This document shows, in pieces, positions 1 to 9,677 of a stretch of 64,000 bases of DNA. Source of the DNA: Candidatus Latescibacterota bacterium. Lineage in GTDB: Bacteria; Latescibacterota; UBA2968; UBA8231. The notes below the pieces were generated by a model. It ran no database searches. It saw only the letters and a program-made list of their open reading frames with translations, and was not told where the DNA came from. The translations under genes and the position numbers were made by a program. The stretch is taken from assembly GCA_965204725.1 (NCBI GenBank), contig OZ242005.1, forward strand, positions 1,216,001-1,280,000, read 5' to 3'. Positions within the stretch are counted from its first letter, which is position 1, and every line of letters begins with the position of its first letter.

Positions 1-415
1 GCAGGGTGACCTCTTTGGTGGTGCCGTGCATGGTCAGCTTGCCCTTGACGCTGAGGGTGTTTTCCCCCGTGCTGGTCACTTCGGTCGATTCAAAGGTGAT
101 CGTCGGATATTTTTCAGCATCAAAAAAGTCGGCATTTCGCAGGTGGCCGTCGCGGCGCTCGTTGCCCGTGTCGATGCTCTTGACCTGAATGGTGCCGGAG
201 AAGCTCGAAGCTGCGGGCTTGGCGGCGTCGTAGCCGATGGTGCCGCTGAAGTCCCCGAAACGGCCCTTGGTGCGGCTGACGAGGTGGCGAATGCTAAAAT
301 CGACTGAGGAGTGCGAAGCATCGACCACATAGGTTTCCGCTAAAGTCGCCTCGGCGGTGAGAGCAACTGTCAGGGCGGCAACCCATGCGAAGTGGAGTGC
401 TTTGGGGCGAGTCAT
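1..415 (-). CDS. yceI: YceI family lipid/polyisoprenoid-binding protein (runs off the window edge)
   Basis: Not in the ORF track. Manual translation from ATG 415 (AAGGAGG RBS upstream): signal peptide, then ETYVVDASHSSVDFSIRHLVSRTKGRFGDFSG...SIDTGNERRDGHLRNADFFDAEKYPTITF...GKLTMHGTTKEVTL. Confidence 0.93.
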   Translation of the reverse strand, partial: MTRPKALHFAWVAALTVALTAEATLAETYVVDASHSSVDFSIRHLVSRTKGRFGDFSGTIGYDAAKPAASSFSGTIQVKSIDTGNERRDGHLRNADFFDAEKYPTITFESTEVTSTGENTLSVKGKLTMHGTTKEVTL

Positions 416-640
416 GGAATCCTCCTTGGCTGTTGATGTGAGCGTGAATCAGGCGTTTTACCTAAAGACGCCTTTTGCTATACTAAAAACTTGGTGTAAG
501 TAAGATGTGAACCCATAGCGGCCGGGGCAAATCGCCCAGCAAGAGACGGCGAGGATCAACCTCCCCGTTCATCCATGGATTTTCTTGACCAAGACGACCC
601 TATTGGGCTTATTTGTATTACCTGAAGAAAGGAGACCGTC

Positions 641-871
641 ATGATGATCATTCGCGGAAAAACCGAGAGGGAAGCTCTTGAGGAGGTTCAGCGGCGTAGG
701 AATACGCCGGAAGGAGCAGAGCTAATCTATAAAATCGTCGAATCGCGCTTTGGCAACGGGTTTGATATTGTGGCCATGGACCCAGATCTGTACGTGGGGA
801 TGCTGACGGGCGAGTTGCCGACCATTCCCCAACTTAGAGGGAGCTCGCTGCTGGGCAGGATGGGCATCTGA
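641..871 (+). CDS. hypothetical protein, 76 aa
   Basis: AAGGAG RBS; its stop overlaps the next ATG (TGATG); lower GC than the backbone. Confidence 0.65.
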   Translation: MMIIRGKTEREALEEVQRRRNTPEGAELIYKIVESRFGNGFDIVAMDPDLYVGMLTGELPTIPQLRGSSLLGRMGI

Positions 872-1284
872 TGGTGTCGCAGCCTGACAAGACTAGCGAC
901 GGAGACAAGCAGCAAGAAGTAGTTGCCGCCGATGACAGGCAATATAATCTTGCGGCCGACATAGTAGCCATACAGCGCGAACGGAATGATCTTGCTGGCC
1001 GCTTCTTGGAAATTGGCCAACAAGAGAACCAACGCCATTACGCTTTTCTTTCCGAACAGCTAAAAGTACAAGACGAGCAGAACAAGAGAGCCCACCGGCT
1101 AGTGAAGCTAATCGTTGGCGGCGTTGGGGTCGTACTGTTTCTGCTATTGTACATGGTGTTTTTCGGGAGCGAGGCCCAAGTCGGCAAGGCCGAGAAAATC
1201 CTGACCGAGGGGGCCAAAGCACTCGGCGGTGCTGGTTTTATATTTCTTGTATATGGCGGCCTAAAGCGCCTCATTAATCGCTAG
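871..1284 (+). CDS. hypothetical membrane protein with coiled-coil N-terminus and 2 TM segments (DUF2335-like architecture)
   Basis: Hydrophilic helical N-terminal half, then LIVGGVGVVLFLLLYMVFFG and ALGGAGFIFLVYGGL. Confidence 0.7.
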   Translation: MVSQPDKTSDGDKQQEVVAADDRQYNLAADIVAIQRERNDLAGRFLEIGQQENQRHYAFLSEQLKVQDEQNKRAHRLVKLIVGGVGVVLFLLLYMVFFGSEAQVGKAEKILTEGAKALGGAGFIFLVYGGLKRLINR

Positions 1285-1306
1285 CTCTTAGTCTATAACT
1301 TATACT

Positions 1307-1366
1307 CCCTCATTGACGTCCGATCCTATCGTAGGAGTGGGCCGTTGATGGGGGTTATTTTTTATT
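1307..1366 (+). terminator. putative intrinsic terminator
   Basis: CCCTCATTGACG...CGTTGATGGGGG stem (with G-U pairs) followed by TTATTTTTTATT. Confidence 0.5.
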
Positions 1367-1413
1367 AACTACGCGCTGTTCGGTGCGCCGGTGCTGCGAG
1401 AAGGGGATGCAAA

Positions 1414-2247
1414 ATGAAGCTGGGGATTTTTCACAAGGTTTTTGCGCGGCCCACGCTGGAGGAAAGCCTCGACGGAGTGCAGGCCGCTGGCTTGGAGGCC
1501 GTGCAGCTCGATTTGACGGTCGCTGGGATCGATCCGGCGGTGCTGACGGACGCCGATTGCGAGCGCATTCGCGCCGCGCATGCAACGCGGGGTATTGAGA
1601 TCGCCGCGCTGTCGGGGACCTTCAATATTATTGATCCCGACTTGGAAAAACGCCGCGCCGGGATGCGCTGGCTCGCCGCGCTGGCCGCTGTAAGCGGCAA
1701 GTTAGGCACCGAGTTGATCACGTTCTGCACGGGCACGCGCAACCCCGACTCTATGTGGGGAGGCCATCCCGACAACAGTACGCCAGCCGCTTGGGCCGAG
1801 ATGGTCGCGGCCATGGAGGAAGCCGTGGCGGTCGCCGAGGCGCGGGGCGCGACCCTCGCGTTTGAGCCGGAGGTCAACAATGTGGTGGATTCGGCGCGAA
1901 AGGCGCGGTACTTGCTCGACGAAGTGCAATCCAAGCATTTGCAAGTGGTTATCGACGGAGCCAACCTGTTCCACGCCGGCGAGTTGCCGAGGATGCGCGC
2001 GGTCTTAGACGAGGCGTTCGACTGGCTCGGGGATTCGATTCGGCTGGCCCACGCCAAGGACTTGGAGCGGGACGGCGACGCCGGGCACCAAGCCGCGGGC
2101 ACGGGTTTGCTCGACTACGATTACTACTTGGCGCTCTTGCGGCAGATAGGCTTTGACGGGTCGTTGATATTGCACAGCCTAGAGGAAGGGCAAGTGGCGG
2201 CGTCCGCGGCTTTTGTGCGCGAGCGGATGGAGGGAACGGGACACTAG
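1414..2247 (+). CDS. sugar phosphate isomerase/epimerase (xylose-isomerase-like TIM barrel)
   Basis: LAFEPE, VVIDGAN and LAHAKD metal-binding motifs. Confidence 0.88.
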   Translation: MKLGIFHKVFARPTLEESLDGVQAAGLEAVQLDLTVAGIDPAVLTDADCERIRAAHATRGIEIAALSGTFNIIDPDLEKRRAGMRWLAALAAVSGKLGTELITFCTGTRNPDSMWGGHPDNSTPAAWAEMVAAMEEAVAVAEARGATLAFEPEVNNVVDSARKARYLLDEVQSKHLQVVIDGANLFHAGELPRMRAVLDEAFDWLGDSIRLAHAKDLERDGDAGHQAAGTGLLDYDYYLALLRQIGFDGSLILHSLEEGQVAASAAFVRERMEGTGH

Positions 2248-2375
2248 CCTTGCATGACCCGTCCTAGTCGGTGACAATGTCTGTAATGTTGGAGATGCCG
2301 TACCCTCCTTGACGGCACCGAAAACAACGTGCTACGGCAAAGCAGTGTCGATTAAAAAAAGGAGTACGCTCAACG

Positions 2376-4490
2376 GTGCCTGAACGCGACGCCCAACTAC
2401 TAAGCGAGGATACCCAAGCGACTGTTTCCGCGACGAACCTTCTCGAGCGGCTCGACCTCGAGCGGCTCGGCCTCTCCAACCGCCTCGCCGCCAACCCCAA
2501 GCGGCGCGCTGATCTCGGACAGTTTTTTACGCCAGCAAGCGTGGCCCACTTCATGGCCGCGATGTTGCAGGTTCCGAACCCCCCCAAGGATCTGTGCCTC
2601 CTTGATGCCGGAGGAGGTAGCGGCGTTCTCACGGCTGCGGTCGTCGCTGAACTCTGCGCTCGGCCGCGGAGTAAGCGACCTCAATCCCTCCGTGCCACAG
2701 TCTGGGAGATTGATGAGTTGCTCGCCGAGGATTTGGCTCACGCTTTCGAGTGCTGTAGGGCCGTATGCCGCGCGGCCGGCGTCAAGTTCATCGGCGAGTT
2801 GCGCCAGAAGAACTTCATTCTCGACGCGGCCGACTTGCTCGTCGAGGGGCTTTTCACCGCCAAGGATCACCCGCGCTTCCGCGTGGCGATCATCAACCCT
2901 CCGTACCGCAAGCTCAGAAGCGACAGCGGGGAGCGGTCGAGAATGAGCTCCATTGGGATCGAAACCAGCAACCTCTACTCAGCCTTCGTCTGGCTTGCCC
3001 TTGAACTCCTCGAAGATGGTGGCGAACTCGTGGCGATTACGCCGCGGAGCTTCATGAACGGCTCCTATTTCCGTCCGTTCCGCCAAGTGCTTTCTCGAAA
3101 GCTCGCCTTCCGCCGAGTTCATGTTTACGACGCCCGCGACGTCGCCTTTGCTGGCGATGATGTCCTGCAGGAGAACGTGATCTTTCACGGCATCCGGGGC
3201 GGCATCCGCGGGAAGGTCAAGATCACAACCTCTTTGGGGCCAGCCGACGGTGGTCTCGCCGAGCGGACCATCAGTCCGACTGAACTGATCTTGCCCCACG
3301 ACCCGGAATGCATGCTGCATGTAGTTCCAGACGAAATAGATGCGCGGATCGCCGAGCAGATGCGGGGGCTCCCGCACACACTCGCTGAGCTCGGCGTAGC
3401 GGTCTCCACCGGCCGCGTGGTCGGCTTCCGGGCAAAAGATCGCCTGCGCGTCAAGGCTGGGGCCGGGGCCTCACCCTTGATTTTCCCCAGACACTTTGCC
3501 GGTGGTTTTGTGGCTTGGCCCGAACCCTCTAGCTCGAAGCCCAACGCCTTGGCTGCGACCAGTCCCAACGACAACCTCCTGCTTCCGGCTGGTTGGTACG
3601 TCTTAATTAATCGCTTCAGCGCCAAGGAGGATAAGCGGCGAGTGGCCGCTGCGCTCTACGATCCCGCTCGCATCAATGCTGAGAACGTGGCTTTCGATAA
3701 CAAGTTGAACTTCCTGCACCGCAAGAATGCTGGCCTTCCCAAGAACTTGGCTAAGGGCCTCGCGGTCTTCTTGAATAGCACGGCGGTCGATGCATACTTC
3801 CGCCAGTTCAGTGGCCATACTCAAGTCAACGCCAGCGATCTGCGCTCGCTGCGGTTCCCAAGTGCCGAAGAACTCGACCGGCTAGGCCGGCGTCTAGGTC
3901 GCTCAATGCCAGCACAGGACGAGATTGACCAACTAATCAGAGAGGAGATTACCGCGATGGGTGAAGGAGACGACCCGGTAAAGATAAAACGGCGGGTCCA
4001 GACGGCCGAAGACATCCTGAAAGCGCTAGAGGTGCCGAGAGGACAACGAAACGAACGATCGGCTCTCACGCTCCTTGGGCTGCTCAACCTCGATCCTCTG
4101 GCTGCGTGGTCCTCGGCTAGCGCACCGTTGCGTGGCGTCACCGAACTCATGGACTGGATGGCCGCAAACTACGGTAAGCAGTACGCACCCAACACGAGAG
4201 AGACCATCCGTCGCTTCACGCTCCACCAGTTCATTGAGATGGGCTTGGTCCTTCTCAACCCGGACGACCCCAAGCGACCCCCCAACAGCCCAAAGAACGT
4301 TTACCAACTCGAGCGGTCCGCGCTCGAGTTACTTCAGTGCTTTGAGACGGATCAGTGGGATGTCAATCTAGCGACTTACCGCAAGTCAATGGGAGACAAA
4401 AACCGCTTGCGTGAGAAGGCGCGACAGATGGAGCGCATTCCGGTCGTGCTGCCGGGCGGTCAGAAGTTCGAGCTCACCGCCGGTGGATGA
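2376..4490 (+). CDS. PstI/BsuBI-type N6-adenine DNA methyltransferase fused to the N-terminal domain of the cognate restriction endonuclease; catalytic nuclease domain absent
   Basis: LGQFFTP, LLDAGGGSG (SAM binding), IINPPY, ETSNLYSAF, FRQFSGHTQVNASDLR; then REase N-terminus NERSALTLL...YAPNTRETIRRFTLHQF...PNSPKNVYQ; stops at FELTAGG. Confidence 0.88.
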   Translation: MPERDAQLLSEDTQATVSATNLLERLDLERLGLSNRLAANPKRRADLGQFFTPASVAHFMAAMLQVPNPPKDLCLLDAGGGSGVLTAAVVAELCARPRSKRPQSLRATVWEIDELLAEDLAHAFECCRAVCRAAGVKFIGELRQKNFILDAADLLVEGLFTAKDHPRFRVAIINPPYRKLRSDSGERSRMSSIGIETSNLYSAFVWLALELLEDGGELVAITPRSFMNGSYFRPFRQVLSRKLAFRRVHVYDARDVAFAGDDVLQENVIFHGIRGGIRGKVKITTSLGPADGGLAERTISPTELILPHDPECMLHVVPDEIDARIAEQMRGLPHTLAELGVAVSTGRVVGFRAKDRLRVKAGAGASPLIFPRHFAGGFVAWPEPSSSKPNALAATSPNDNLLLPAGWYVLINRFSAKEDKRRVAAALYDPARINAENVAFDNKLNFLHRKNAGLPKNLAKGLAVFLNSTAVDAYFRQFSGHTQVNASDLRSLRFPSAEELDRLGRRLGRSMPAQDEIDQLIREEITAMGEGDDPVKIKRRVQTAEDILKALEVPRGQRNERSALTLLGLLNLDPLAAWSSASAPLRGVTELMDWMAANYGKQYAPNTRETIRRFTLHQFIEMGLVLLNPDDPKRPPNSPKNVYQLERSALELLQCFETDQWDVNLATYRKSMGDKNRLREKARQMERIPVVLPGGQKFELTAGG

Positions 4491-4511
4491 AATTTGAGAA
4501 AGGAACGAAAA

Positions 4512-5540
4512 ATGTCTGAAGGCAAATTGCGGGCGGCCGTTATTGGTGCTGGCGTGGGTGGGGGCCATGGATACGCTTATGCCCGCGCCCCAGAATACGA
4601 ACTCGTGGCGGTCTGCGACATAAACCCAGAGGTGTTCGGGCGCTTTTACGAGCGGGCTGAGATCGAGCCGGGGCCGATCTCCGAATACGCAGATTACCGC
4701 GCGATGTTAGAGCGGGAATCGCTCGACGTGGTGAGCGTGGCTACCCCGGATCACCTCCACGCCGACCCGGTTTGCGATGCGCTGGCCGCAGGGGTGCGCG
4801 GCATTTTCTGCGAGAAGCCGCTCGCGACTACGGTGGAGGACGCCGACCGCATTATCGACGCGCTCGCCCGCCACGACGCGGCGTTGTCGGTTGATCACAC
4901 GCGCAGTTGGCTGCCCTCCTATCAGGCCGTGCGCGCGGCCATCCGCAGCGGCGAGATCGGCAGCCTGACGAGAATTGTGGCGCATCTGGGAGGCCGGCGC
5001 GCCATGCTCTTTCGCAATGGGACGCACTTGGTGGACGCGGTGTGCTTTTTTGCGGACGCCGACCCGGTGTGGGTGATCGCCGCGCACGAGCGCGGGTTTG
5101 AAAAGTACGGCCCGGTGTACGACGGTCGGGGCGGCAAGGATCCGCAATTCGATCCCGGATCGACGATCATCGTGGAGTTTGCCAATGGGGTGCGCGGGCT
5201 GATCAATTGCGCCAAGCGGACGCCGCAGATGTTCGAGCTGGACCTACAGGGCATGGCCGGTCGCTTCTGGGTGACCGATCAGCAATGCACGGCTTGGAAG
5301 ACGGCTGCCGCGGAGGGGACGCCTGAGCCTGCGTCGCCGCCGCCGGGCCGAGGGTATGCCAGTCCGTTTGGCGCGAACTTGATTCCGGCCGTACAGGAGC
5401 TGGCGCAGGCGGTGCGGGGCGACGCGCCCAGCTCGTCGCCGGCCGTGCGCGGTCGGCATGTGCTGGAGATCATGGTAGCCGCGCTGCGGTCGCAGGCTGC
5501 GGGAAGTGCGAAGGTGGAACTGCCGCTGCCGAGAAGGTGA
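4512..5540 (+). CDS. Gfo/Idh/MocA family oxidoreductase
   Basis: AAVIGAG Rossmann motif, VATPDHLH, FCEKP; start set to ATG 4512 after AAGGAA. Confidence 0.9.
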   Translation: MSEGKLRAAVIGAGVGGGHGYAYARAPEYELVAVCDINPEVFGRFYERAEIEPGPISEYADYRAMLERESLDVVSVATPDHLHADPVCDALAAGVRGIFCEKPLATTVEDADRIIDALARHDAALSVDHTRSWLPSYQAVRAAIRSGEIGSLTRIVAHLGGRRAMLFRNGTHLVDAVCFFADADPVWVIAAHERGFEKYGPVYDGRGGKDPQFDPGSTIIVEFANGVRGLINCAKRTPQMFELDLQGMAGRFWVTDQQCTAWKTAAAEGTPEPASPPPGRGYASPFGANLIPAVQELAQAVRGDAPSSSPAVRGRHVLEIMVAALRSQAAGSAKVELPLPRR

Positions 5541-5553
5541 CGGGGGCTGAAGG

Positions 5554-6549
5554 CTATCCAACCGGTCGGCGCATCATCGCCAAAAATCGCTGGGCATTCC
5601 CGGCAAAGTGGTCTTCGATTTCCGCGGGCGTTAGTTGGAGCATCTCGGCCACTTGGCGCTCTTGGCGCAGTTGCTCGTAGATGACGAGCGTGGCGCGCGA
5701 GTCGCAGTGCGGGGTGCCAGCCTCGTCGCCGGGATAGAACAGCCAAGCGCGGCCATAGGTGATGTACTTGCCGCGCGCACAGCCGGCGACCACGTTGTCC
5801 GACCCGAACAGCACCCGCTTGCGGTCTTCGTGTTTCATCAGCAAATAGTGAGCATATAGGTCGTTCACCGCCGAGGTGTCGTACCATATATTGGGCAGAT
5901 CGCACAGAAAGTGGACGGCCTCTTCCATCATAAAGGAATTGAACGAGCGGGCGCAGTGGGCCAAAATCCACTGCGCGTTGGGGTATTCGCGGGTGTAGTG
6001 GGCTAAGTCGCGCTGGTTGTCTGGGTCGGCGGGGCCGGTGGGTTTGGCGAGGTGCATGGTGATGGCCAACCGCTTGTGGTGAGCGACTTCGATGAGGGCT
6101 TCGGGGAGGAAGTCGCAGATGCGGGCACCGACCGGGTCGGGGGCGAAGGTGCGATAGGGCTTGAGGCCAAAGAAGCCGTGCTCATCGACTTGGGCCGCCA
6201 CGTATTCGGGAGTCATGTCTGGAGTGACCATCATGTTGACTGCGGATTCCGGGTCGGCCGCGAGTTGGGCCGCCAGCCAAGCGTTGTGCCCGGCCGCGTC
6301 CATGCCCGGCATCGGGGTGCCCAAGGCCAGCAGGTGGAAGGTGCGGCCCGGGTAGAGTTTGGCCGCCCAGTCGAGGTGGTCGCGGTAGTCGATCTCCGTG
6401 CGGAGGCCGGTCGGCTCGCCCGTCAAGGAGCCGCGGTGGGCCTCAGACCACAGGTGCGTGTGCATGTCGTAGATCGTGGCGGGGACGAAGTCTTCAAGCT
6501 CTTGCTCCCAGAGCTGGCGGTCGAAGTCTCGATAGCTAAAAGCGGTCAT
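5554..6549 (-). CDS. amidohydrolase family protein
   Basis: YDMHTH, WILAHCA, WYDTS and VLFGSD motifs. Confidence 0.85.
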   Translation of the reverse strand: MTAFSYRDFDRQLWEQELEDFVPATIYDMHTHLWSEAHRGSLTGEPTGLRTEIDYRDHLDWAAKLYPGRTFHLLALGTPMPGMDAAGHNAWLAAQLAADPESAVNMMVTPDMTPEYVAAQVDEHGFFGLKPYRTFAPDPVGARICDFLPEALIEVAHHKRLAITMHLAKPTGPADPDNQRDLAHYTREYPNAQWILAHCARSFNSFMMEEAVHFLCDLPNIWYDTSAVNDLYAHYLLMKHEDRKRVLFGSDNVVAGCARGKYITYGRAWLFYPGDEAGTPHCDSRATLVIYEQLRQERQVAEMLQLTPAEIEDHFAGNAQRFLAMMRRPVG

Positions 6550-6625
6550 GGCGTGTGCTCCTAAGCGGCGCGTTTGACAGAGAACGGCAGGCAACCTACT
6601 GTTGCCCCCAAGGAGGAAATCCTAA

Positions 6626-7513
6626 ATGAACAAGGAAAGAATAGCACCCGAACTCGTCGTGGAAAAGGCCGCGCTCATCGGCGAGGGTGCTTTGTGGGAC
6701 GAGGACGATCAGGTGTTGTACTGGGTCGATATTCTCGGCCACGAGGTCTATAGGTACGATCCGGCGAGCCGGGTCAATCGCACCATCCCCACGTGCCAAG
6801 CCGTGGGTACGGTGGTCAAGCGGCGCAGCGGCGGCCTCGTCGTGGCCTTGCACAATGGCTTTGCCCACATCGACTTGGAGACCGAGCGCATGGTGCCCCT
6901 CGGCGAAGACCCCGAGCGGGCGGTCCCGGCCAATCGCTTCAACGACGGCAAGTGCGACCCGGCCGGACGATTGTGGGCGGGGACCATGGCGTTTGGCGGG
7001 GACCGGGACCAAGGCGCGCTCTACTGTCTCGACGCATCGCTGGCGGTGAGCCGGAAGATCGCGCCGGTCAGCGTGTCCAACGGCATCGTCTGGAGCACCG
7101 ACCAGCAGACCATGTACTTCATTGATTCCGGCTTGAACAACGTGCGGGCATACGACTACTGCCGCGACAGCGGCACCATCAGCAACGAGCGCGTGGTGGT
7201 GGAGTACGGAGGGCCGGGGGTGTTGGACGGCATGGCCATTGACGAGGCCGACGCCTTGTGGATCGCCGTGTACGGGGGGTGGTGCGTCCTATGCTACGAT
7301 CCCCGCTCTGGAGAACTGCTGCGCCACTTGGAACTGCCCATGTCCAATGTGACTTCCTGTGCCTTTGGCGGCGCGGAGCTAGACCAACTCTACGTCACCT
7401 CGGCTTGCCAAGGCTTGGATGCCGAGGCGCGGCAGGCCCAGCCTTTGGCCGGGTCGCTGGTGCGGGTCAACCCCGGAGTCCGCGGCGTCCCCTCTAATGC
7501 GTTTGCCGGCTAG
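6626..7513 (+). CDS. SMP-30/gluconolactonase/LRE family protein
   Basis: GEGALWD, RFNDGKCDPAGRLWAGTM, SNGIVWS, DGMAID, TSCAFGG. Confidence 0.93.
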   Translation: MNKERIAPELVVEKAALIGEGALWDEDDQVLYWVDILGHEVYRYDPASRVNRTIPTCQAVGTVVKRRSGGLVVALHNGFAHIDLETERMVPLGEDPERAVPANRFNDGKCDPAGRLWAGTMAFGGDRDQGALYCLDASLAVSRKIAPVSVSNGIVWSTDQQTMYFIDSGLNNVRAYDYCRDSGTISNERVVVEYGGPGVLDGMAIDEADALWIAVYGGWCVLCYDPRSGELLRHLELPMSNVTSCAFGGAELDQLYVTSACQGLDAEARQAQPLAGSLVRVNPGVRGVPSNAFAG

Positions 7514-8292
7514 ACGGCGCGCATTTCGTCCGACCAGTCGCGCCACATATCCTTTTGCGGCGGCTCCTGTTGGGTTTGTTCCATATCCTGCTTGAGAAAG
7601 TCGTAGAGCACGGCTTGGCGCAGTTGGCGCGAAGTGTTGGGGCTAGCCATGTGGCCGAGGCGGTGGTGCCAGAAGACGATGTCGCCGGCCCGGCCGTGGG
7701 TATCGACGGGGGTGCGCTGGTTGAATGCGGTGCGCACTTTTTCGTAGGCGGCTTCGTCTTGGTCGCGGAGGTATTGCGAAGTGAAGGTCGGGTAGAAGGC
7801 GCGGTGGCTTTCAGGCCAGACCATGAAGCTGCCGCCGTTGGGCGGCACGTCGTCGATGTAGCCGACCACGCCGAGGTGGAAGGGGTGGCCGTCGGTGTGG
7901 CAGCCGAGGGCTTGAGGCGGGTGATCGCCGTAGGGCAACGTGCAGTAGATGCCGCGGATGCGCTCGGGCTGGACGAGCTGGCCCTTGCCGAGCATTTGCT
8001 CGGCCATGCCCCACACTTTGGGGTCGGTCGCCAGCAGGCGCACCATCCACTCCTCGCCGCCCGGCTCGCGGAAGTTCCAGCGAAAGCCGCGGCGGTGGTT
8101 GGCACCGTCGAGGTTTTCTTCGTCTTGGCGGAACGGGCCAACCCAGGTGGCGGGGTCGTCGCGGCGGCGGCCCGGAGGTGCGCCGTCCCACAGCCGAGCG
8201 CGGGCGCGTTCCATGAGCGCGGGGTCAAGCACACCCCGCTTGATGAGGTAGCCGTTGCGCTTGAAGAAGCGCATTTCGTCGGTCGTCAGCAT
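7510..8292 (-). CDS. phytanoyl-CoA dioxygenase (PhyH) family protein
   Basis: FKRNGYLI start, HTD iron motif, GSFMVWPESH, GDIVFWHHRLGH. Confidence 0.88.
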   Translation of the reverse strand: MLTTDEMRFFKRNGYLIKRGVLDPALMERARARLWDGAPPGRRRDDPATWVGPFRQDEENLDGANHRRGFRWNFREPGGEEWMVRLLATDPKVWGMAEQMLGKGQLVQPERIRGIYCTLPYGDHPPQALGCHTDGHPFHLGVVGYIDDVPPNGGSFMVWPESHRAFYPTFTSQYLRDQDEAAYEKVRTAFNQRTPVDTHGRAGDIVFWHHRLGHMASPNTSRQLRQAVLYDFLKQDMEQTQQEPPQKDMWRDWSDEMRAV

Positions 8293-8408
8293 GTTTTTAC
8301 CCGTTAGATTAGAATGGATTGAGAAGGATACGCAAAGGGTGTGCGTTTGGAAAGAGAAAGGCCGCGATTTGGCGTCGGGGAAGCGGCAATCAGGCCGGGC
8401 GCAACCGC

Positions 8409-8437
8409 TTGACAGGTATCAGGCGAAAAAGTAGTAT
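8409..8437 (+). promoter_or_regulatory. sigma70-type promoter for the AAA ATPase cassette
   Basis: TTGACA-17 nt-TAGTAT. Confidence 0.6.
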
Positions 8438-8530
8438 AGCGAGTGATATTTAATAGGCCGATAACCAACGTATAACCACTGTAAAAATAGGACGTTGGGA
8501 AATGACGGTCACTTGCCTAGTGGACAGGAC

Positions 8531-9616
8531 ATGGACGAGCATTTTTACGAGAAGCTAGAAATTGAAAATTTCCGCGGCATCAAGTCGCTGGAGATTGACG
8601 ACCTCGAGCGGGTCAATCTGTTTGTCGGCAGGAATAATTGCGGCAAGACCTCAGTGTTGGAAGCGGCGTCTTTGTTGACTGGAATGTCAGATCCTACCTT
8701 GATCCTTGGGATAGAAAATCTGAGAGGGCTAAGTCTCAATGAAGGTTCCCATCTGAGGAACTTCTTTTATCGCCAAAAATATACTGAAGGATTTAGATTA
8801 TTCGGAAAGCAAAAAATAGAAAGCAGAGAACTCAATGTTCGTCCAATATATGAAAATTTCAATGCTGGACAAATAGATTTAGCTTCATCGAACCGTTCGG
8901 CTAGAGCGAGAGATATGATCGAAACATATATGTTACGCTCTAAAGCGGAGCAGTCATTGAACGGACTAAAATTTAGATTCACTCATTCGGCTAAGAACAG
9001 TCGTCAATACGAAGCTACAATGCGTTTGGTGGAATCGGAGGATTCCCCATTTAGTTTTCAGTCGGATGAAGAATACAAGGAAAATACACCTTTTTGGTTT
9101 TTAGGTCAGCAGTACAATCCGAATATGGTTGACAGGATGCTTAATGAAAAGCACAAGGACATGATAGTGGGCTACCTTCAAGACATAGAGTCTAACGTTC
9201 AGGATATGAGGATTGGATTGGATGGGGTTGTGATGATCGATATTGGAATGGACAACTTCCTGCCGATCAATCACCTTGGCGACGGGATAGTGCGTATTCT
9301 GAATATGCTATCCTATATATATAGCACTAGGAACGGGATTTTGATGATTGACGAAGTTGAAAACGGCCTCCATGTTTCGTCTATAGAATATATGTGGGAG
9401 ATGGTGCTGGAGTCTTCCAAGCAAAACAATACACAGATATTCATGACGACCCATAGCAGCGACGTCATAAAGGGCCTGAGTTTGGCCCTAAAAGACAAAT
9501 CGGATTCAGTCGCCGGCTTTTGGCTGAGTAAGTTTGACGACCGAATCAAAGCCTATAGATATTCGCCAGATCGGTTGGAGAAAGCCTTAGATGCAGGTAT
9601 CGATATCCGCCAGTAA
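8531..9616 (+). CDS. AAA_15/AAA_21-type ABC ATPase of the defence-associated class, with no partner gene
   Basis: IENFRGIK, GRNNCGKTS (Walker A), LGDG signature, LMIDEVENGLH (Walker B), FMTTHS; AT-rich. Confidence 0.85.
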   Translation: MDEHFYEKLEIENFRGIKSLEIDDLERVNLFVGRNNCGKTSVLEAASLLTGMSDPTLILGIENLRGLSLNEGSHLRNFFYRQKYTEGFRLFGKQKIESRELNVRPIYENFNAGQIDLASSNRSARARDMIETYMLRSKAEQSLNGLKFRFTHSAKNSRQYEATMRLVESEDSPFSFQSDEEYKENTPFWFLGQQYNPNMVDRMLNEKHKDMIVGYLQDIESNVQDMRIGLDGVVMIDIGMDNFLPINHLGDGIVRILNMLSYIYSTRNGILMIDEVENGLHVSSIEYMWEMVLESSKQNNTQIFMTTHSSDVIKGLSLALKDKSDSVAGFWLSKFDDRIKAYRYSPDRLEKALDAGIDIRQ

Positions 9617-9677
9617 ACGCCCCCCTGACGGACCCGTTGTATCCCGCTTAACGACCCCCCAATAGGAGCCATTAAAC

